DNA from: Candidatus Eiseniibacteriota bacterium
GTDB lineage: Bacteria > ARS69
NCBI GenBank assembly: GCA_052390515.1
Contig: JBQTGV010000104.1
Span: forward strand, 1 to 12,275
Length of the DNA stretch: 12,275 nucleotides
Direction of reading: 5' to 3'
The position numbers were made by a program, and so were the translations under genes. Position 1 is the stretch's first letter, and each line of letters starts with the position of its first letter. The notes beneath the pieces are model-generated. The model saw only the letters and a list, made by a program, of their open reading frames with translations, did no database searches and had not been told where the DNA came from. This document shows positions 7,885 to 12,275 of the stretch, in pieces.

Positions 7885-9563
7885 CGTCCCCTTCGCCGCG
7901 ACGGCGTGCCCCGCGTTCCGGTCTCCGTCCGCAGCGAGTCCATCCGCGCCGCGAACGTGGTCCAGGCCGCCTCGGCGTCGCCGTCGATCCTCCGCCAGGC
8001 CACCACGACGGCGGAGTCGGAGGCCGCGGAGTCCCCTGGGATCTTCGCGAAGTCGATCACGTACCGCTCGGCGATCGAGCCGAGGGCGTCGCGCAGGGAG
8101 CGCTCCTGACCCTGGCACGATTGCGCCACCCTCCGCGGCTCGGTCGTGCTCACCACGGCGAACTTGAGGATCTCCGGCCGCTGCTCCAGGAAGAACGAGT
8201 ACGGCACGACCCGGTCGTGCCCGGGAGGCCAGCGGCTGGGATCACGGTAGTGTCCGGAACGGGACACGCTCGGCGTGACCAGGCCGGCGCGGTCGTACAG
8301 GGTCAACCGCGAGTACCAGCCGATGCAGCCGAGTGGACTGACGACGCACACGGGGTCGGGGTCGTCGAAAGGATGTGCCTGCACGTAGCGGGCGAGATCG
8401 CGTCCCTTCCGCGCCCAGCCGATGGTCGCTTCTTTCTGCCCGATCTTCCAGTACTCGTACTCGGTGAGGACATCCATCTTCCTCCAGGCGCGCCGAAAGT
8501 CGGCTGCCTCGTCGCGGATCGATTCGGGAACGAGGTGCACGTTCCAGCCCGGAAGGAGCCCGAGGGCCAGGATCACCGCGGCCGCCGGCACTTTCGTGGC
8601 GAGGCCGCCGGGAAGCGCGGCGAGCAGGGCGGCGGTCAGCAGCGCCTGGAAGGCGAAGCCGGGGGCGAGGAAGCGGCCCATGGCCATGAAGTCTCCGCCG
8701 ACGACGACCGCGTAAGCGGGAAAGGCCCAGGCCAGCGCGGCCACCCAGACCCACGCGAGGCTCCGGCGCCGGAGCGCGAGCCAGGTGGCCGGCACCAGCA
8801 GGAACGGAACGAGGAACGTCAGGAAGTGCGTCGCGACGTATCGCGCGCCGCGCAGCCAGCCCTGCCACACGTAGTGCGATCCGGTCTTGATGCGAGCGGT
8901 GTTGGGCAGCAGCTCTTCGTGGTACGTGAGCCGCCAGGCAGTGTACGCTCCGTAGCCGATCCCGAAGATCGCCGCGGGCACGGCGAGCGCACCGAGGTTT
9001 CGCCGGCGCGAGACCAGAGCCATGCCGAAGAGGACCGCCGCCCAGGCGAGGCCCTCGAAACGCATCAGCGCGAGCGCGAGCATCGCCGCTCCGGCGCTCC
9101 ACCCCGGGCGGTCGGCGAGGATCAGCCGGTCGAACGCCAGGAACACGCAGAGCGCGAAGGGCATCGTCTCCAGTCCGCCCGTCGCCCAGACCGCGAACGG
9201 CGGGAACAAGGCGAGGGTGAGCGTACCGAGCGCTGCCACCGGCAGCGGAAGGCCTAGCTTCCGCACCGCCCGGTCGAGCACGAGTCCGATCAGCGCGAAT
9301 CCGCAGGCGGCGGAGAGCAGCAGGGGAGCCGTGGTGACGTCGAGGCCGAGCTTCTCGACGACCGAGCACACCAGGACCCACAGGAAGTTCGAGTAGCCTT
9401 CCACCGGCGGGCTCTCCGCCAGGTTGAAGCGGAGGCCGTGTCCCTCCGCCAGGTTCCTGGCGTAGCGGAACGAGATGTAGGCATCGTCCGTCGTGAAGCG
9501 GAACCGCACCGCGAGCGCTGCGTACGCCACGCCGAGCAGGAGCCAGGCAACGAGTCTGGTCAT
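7881..9563 (-). CDS. GT-C fold polytopic membrane glycosyltransferase, AftB-like (paralog 1), 560 aa
   Basis: GAAGGA lies just upstream of ATG 9563. Motifs DDAYISFRYARNLAEGHGLRFNLAESPPVEGYSNFLW, GGLETMPFAL, RFEG, LPNT..K, GGDFMAMGRFL and PGHD. Collinear end to end with 4916-6613. Confidence 0.78.
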   Translation of the reverse strand: MTRLVAWLLLGVAYAALAVRFRFTTDDAYISFRYARNLAEGHGLRFNLAESPPVEGYSNFLWVLVCSVVEKLGLDVTTAPLLLSAACGFALIGLVLDRAVRKLGLPLPVAALGTLTLALFPPFAVWATGGLETMPFALCVFLAFDRLILADRPGWSAGAAMLALALMRFEGLAWAAVLFGMALVSRRRNLGALAVPAAIFGIGYGAYTAWRLTYHEELLPNTARIKTGSHYVWQGWLRGARYVATHFLTFLVPFLLVPATWLALRRRSLAWVWVAALAWAFPAYAVVVGGDFMAMGRFLAPGFAFQALLTAALLAALPGGLATKVPAAAVILALGLLPGWNVHLVPESIRDEAADFRRAWRKMDVLTEYEYWKIGQKEATIGWARKGRDLARYVQAHPFDDPDPVCVVSPLGCIGWYSRLTLYDRAGLVTPSVSRSGHYRDPSRWPPGHDRVVPYSFFLEQRPEILKFAVVSTTEPRRVAQSCQGQERSLRDALGSIAERYVIDFAKIPGDSAASDSAVVVAWRRIDGDAEAAWTTFAARMDSLRTETGTRGTPSRRRGR

Positions 9564-9608
9564 CGCGTCCTTCGCCTTGACCCGCCGGTCCGGGATCTTC
9601 GAGACTGC

Positions 9609-9614
9609 ATTCTA
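9609..9614 (-). promoter_or_regulatory. Candidate -10 element (TAGAAT) for the GT-C/SGNH operon
   Basis: The minus strand reads TAGAAT at 9614-9609, about 45 nt upstream of ATG 9563, an AT-rich hexamer in GC-rich DNA. No matching -35 seen. Confidence 0.35.
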
Positions 9615-10966
9615 TGGGAAGCCGGCGGCTGTGGGGGACGGCAGGCGTGGGCCTCGCGGCGGCGGTCCTCGCCGCCTGCGCAGGGTCGCCGCCCGGGCCG
9701 CAACCGAGCGTCGTCCTCATCGTGATCGACACCCTGCGCGCGGACCACGTCGGCTGCTACGGCGACCCGGAAGCGCGCACGCCGGCGATCGACGCGCTGG
9801 CCGCGCGCGCCGCGCAGTTCCGCTGCGTCGCGCAGGCGCCCTGGACCACTCCGTCGGTCGCCACGATCCTGTCCGGCGCCTGGCCGTCGGGCCACGGCGC
9901 CAGCCGCGCGCGCACCGCGATCGTCGAGTCGGTCCCACTGCTGCAAGAGGTGCTCGGGCAGGCAGGCTGGGCCACCGGCGGCGTGGTCAGCCACGGCCTG
10001 CTCGCGCGACGTTTCGGCTTCGACCGCGGCTTCGACTGGTTCGATTCGTCGCCCGCCGGCGGACATGACATCGCCAGCTCGGACACGGTGACCGCGCTGG
10101 CTGCGTCCTGGATCGACTCCGCGGCGCGCCCGTTCTTCCTGTTCGCCCATTACTTCGACGCCCACTACAACTACCTGGAGCATCGCGGCCTCACCCGGAC
10201 CGACGACTACCAGGGCCGACTCCGACCCGGCCTGGACATCTGGCGGTTGAGGCGGGAGTCGCAGTTTCTGACCGCGGAGGACGTCCGCTACCTGCGCGCG
10301 CTGTACCGCGGAGAGATCGCCTTCGTCGACGCGGCGGTCGGGCGGCTGCTCCGCCGCCTCGAGGAGCGGGGGCCCGGCAGTGCCGCCATCGTCTTCACCG
10401 CCGACCACGGAGAGGAGTTCCTGGAGCACGGGTGGCTCGGACACACGCGAAGCCTGCACGCGGCGGCGCTGCACGTTCCGCTGCTGGTGTCGGGTCCCGG
10501 CGTGGCGCCGGGGGCGCGCACGGCCGCAGCGATGCAGGTGGACGTGCGCCCCACGATTCTCGGCCTCGCCGGCGAGCGGGCGCCGCGCACGCCCGGGGTC
10601 GATCTCGCACGCGAGGACCCGCGCGACCGCCCGCTCTACTCCGAGGTGGTCTACGAGGAGAAGCCGCTCCGCGGAGGGGATCTGCGCGAAGCGCTGGGCC
10701 TCAGCACGGATGCGGACCAGCGGGCGCTGCAGAGCGGCCGGTGGAAGCTCATCGAGGATCGGATGCGCGGCGAGACGCACCTCTACGATCTTGAGTCCGA
10801 TCCCGGCGAGACGCGGAACCTCGCGGCCGAGCGGCCCGACGAGGTCGAGCGGCTGCGAGGGCTGCTCGCCTCGACGGACGCCGCGGAGCCTGGCCTGGTG
10901 GGAGAGGAGGTGACGTTCACCCCCGGCGACGCGGAGAAGCTCCGGGCGCTCGGCTACGTGCAGTGA
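9614..10966 (+). CDS. Sulfatase-like / alkaline-phosphatase-superfamily lipoprotein, 450 aa
   Basis: Signal peptide ending in lipobox LAA-C. Motifs VVLIVIDTLRADH.G.YG....TP.ID.LA, APWTTPSVATILSG, RGFD.F, PFFLFAHYFDAH..Y, Y.GEI..VD..VG, TADHGEEFLEHG..GH, WKLI, LYDL..DPGE..NL and C-terminal LRALGY. Confidence 0.88.
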   Translation: MGSRRLWGTAGVGLAAAVLAACAGSPPGPQPSVVLIVIDTLRADHVGCYGDPEARTPAIDALAARAAQFRCVAQAPWTTPSVATILSGAWPSGHGASRARTAIVESVPLLQEVLGQAGWATGGVVSHGLLARRFGFDRGFDWFDSSPAGGHDIASSDTVTALAASWIDSAARPFFLFAHYFDAHYNYLEHRGLTRTDDYQGRLRPGLDIWRLRRESQFLTAEDVRYLRALYRGEIAFVDAAVGRLLRRLEERGPGSAAIVFTADHGEEFLEHGWLGHTRSLHAAALHVPLLVSGPGVAPGARTAAAMQVDVRPTILGLAGERAPRTPGVDLAREDPRDRPLYSEVVYEEKPLRGGDLREALGLSTDADQRALQSGRWKLIEDRMRGETHLYDLESDPGETRNLAAERPDEVERLRGLLASTDAAEPGLVGEEVTFTPGDAEKLRALGYVQ

Positions 10967-11509
10967 TCAGCGCGCCCAGGCGAGCTTCCTGCCGCACTCC
11001 CGGCAGGTGTACTCGAGCGTCCCGCGGCGGACGCGCCGGTGGGATCTACCCGTGAGCCAGTGCGTCTTGGTGCAGGCGCAGCGGTAGGCGAAGCGTCCCG
11101 CGGAAGCGGCGGGCACGGCCTCGAAGCCGTGCGCCCCGCGCGGCGCCGCGCCGCAGAAGGCCATGACCTCCTTCCACTCCGCGCCGTGCGGCCGGATCCG
11201 CCGGGGGTAGAGCGCGGCGGCGACGACGTGGGCCACCTCGTGCGGGACGATCTCGCGGATGAACTCCTCGCCGTGCCGCTCGAGCATTTCGGCGTTGTAG
11301 TTCGTCGTCCAAGTCGTTACGCAGGCCTCTCCGGCGGTACGTCCGCGGAGCCGGAACTCGACCCGCGGCGAGGCGATGACGGCGTGCGGCCAGCGGGCGC
11401 GCGCTCTGTCCAGCAGCTCTTCCGTCGCGTCGATGACCCGCCGGCGAAGCTCCTCGGGCGCAGCGTGCGCACCGAAGGGAAGATCCATCTGCTCGGCCAC
11501 CCGTCCCAT
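10967..11509 (-). CDS. sprT: SprT-family zinc metalloprotease with C-terminal Zn-ribbon, 180 aa
   Basis: F.LRGRTAG.A, N..ML......FI.E.VPHEVAH (HExxH), PHG.EWK..M, YRCAC...H...R.HRRVRRG...YTCRECG, closely following the classic SprT pattern. GGAGG upstream of ATG 11509. Confidence 0.9.
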   Translation of the reverse strand: MGRVAEQMDLPFGAHAAPEELRRRVIDATEELLDRARARWPHAVIASPRVEFRLRGRTAGEACVTTWTTNYNAEMLERHGEEFIREIVPHEVAHVVAAALYPRRIRPHGAEWKEVMAFCGAAPRGAHGFEAVPAASAGRFAYRCACTKTHWLTGRSHRRVRRGTLEYTCRECGRKLAWAR

Positions 11510-11531
11510 CCCTCGCCCTCCCCGGCCCCGA

Positions 11532-11541
11532 ACACTACACT
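11532..11541. promoter_or_regulatory. Candidate overlapping bidirectional -10 elements (TACACT +, TAGTGT -)
   Basis: In the 38-nt gap 11510-11547, TACACT (11536-11541) ends 6 nt before ATG 11548, which has no SD. The reverse strand has TAGTGT (11537-11532) upstream of the sprT SD. Confidence 0.45.
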
Positions 11542-11547
11542 GAATCC

Positions 11548-12275
11548 ATGCCGATCGCCCCGCCCGTCGAGCGCACCTATCGCCTCTCCTGTGAGGTGGA
11601 TCCCTACCGGGACGGCTGGACGCTGGAGCGCTTCCTGACGCATCGCTTCCGGTAGCACCCCGTTCCGATCTGGAAGGAGCGGCTCGCCGCCGGCGCGGTA
11701 TGCGTGAACGGCCGCCCCTCGGGCGGCGGCGCCGTCGTGCAGCGGGGCGACCGCATCGAGTACACGCTCGTGCACACCGAGCCAGCCGTGGACTTCGCCT
11801 ACGACGTGCTGTTCGACGACGCGCACCTCTTCGCCGTGGCGAAGTCGGGGAACCTGCCGGTGCACGCCGGCGGCAAGTACATCCAGAACACGCTCGTCTC
11901 CAGGATCAAGGAGGACCGCGGCGAGAAGTACCGGCTGGCGCACCGGCTGGATCGGGAGACGTCGGGGGTGGTGGTGATGGCGAAGACGCGCGAGGCGGCC
12001 GCCGCCTGCGAGCGGGAGTTCCGCGAGCGACGCGTCCGAAAGAGATACCTCGCCGTCGTGCGGGGGCAGCCGCCGGCGGAGGTGCGCGTGGACGCCCCGA
12101 TCGCGCGGCGGGAGCCGGCCGAGGCGCCGTACGTCCGCGTGGTCGATCCCGGAAGCGGGAAGCCGGCGGTGACGACGTTCCGGCGGCTCGAGACCGGGCG
12201 CCGAGCCGCGCCGCCGCACGAGGCGATCGCGCTGGTGGAGGCGCTGCCGGAGTCGGGGCGGCCGAACCAGATCCG
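11548..12275 (+). pseudogene. S4-domain RluA/RluC/RluD-family pseudouridine synthase with an in-frame TAG at codon 36; 3' end outside the window
   Basis: Manual translation from ATG 11548: MPIAPPVERTYRLSCEVDPYRDGWTLERFLTHRFR*HPVPIWKERLAAGAVCVNG...VQRGDRI...VLFDDAHLFAVAKSGNLPVH.GG...NTL...HRLDRETSGVVVMAK...F..R.V.KRYLAVV.G...GKPAVTTF...SGRPNQI. Catalytic motif HRLDRETSG at 11941-11967; TAG at 11653-11655. The family call is strong; pseudogene status is uncertain and could be a sequence error. Confidence 0.8.

Noticed and set aside
6614..8118. N-terminal extensions in the ORF track (831-aa GT-C from 7411, 503-aa SGNH from 8118; also helicase from 1438 and exonuclease from 3957)
   Set aside because: They overlap neighbouring genes out of frame. 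Internal ATGs at 6613, 7884 and 4146 give clean stop/start overlaps, and 1744 removes the overlap with the divergent gene. No fusion is supported.
11653..11655. Genome-wide TAG reassignment or pyrrolysine
   Set aside because: TAG ends three genes in this window, two of them at ends that match family or paralog C-termini. No pyl genes are seen, and a single instance is better explained by mutation or error.

Overview
A GC-rich, very tightly packed bacterial window with nine coding regions and no RNA gene, CRISPR array or mobile element that I can support. In order: (1) a minus-strand lipoprotein with four tandem PKD/Ig-like domains and a C-terminal single-haem planctomycete-type cytochrome c domain that lacks the usual Met ligand motif; (2-3) a translationally coupled MrfA/YprA-like DUF1998 helicase and MrfB/YprB-like exonuclease; (4-6) a coupled minus-strand operon of two paralogous AftB-like GT-C membrane glycosyltransferases flanking a membrane-anchored SGNH hydrolase; (7) a divergent sulfatase-fold lipoprotein with Thr in place of the formylglycine Cys/Ser; (8) SprT; (9) an S4-domain RluA/C/D-family pseudouridine synthase, absent from the ORF track, interrupted by an in-frame TAG at codon 36 and running off the window. 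The best candidates for undescribed biology are the GT-C/SGNH/GT-C plus Thr-sulfatase module and the stalked cytochrome lipoprotein. All family calls come from motif recognition by eye; no searches were run.
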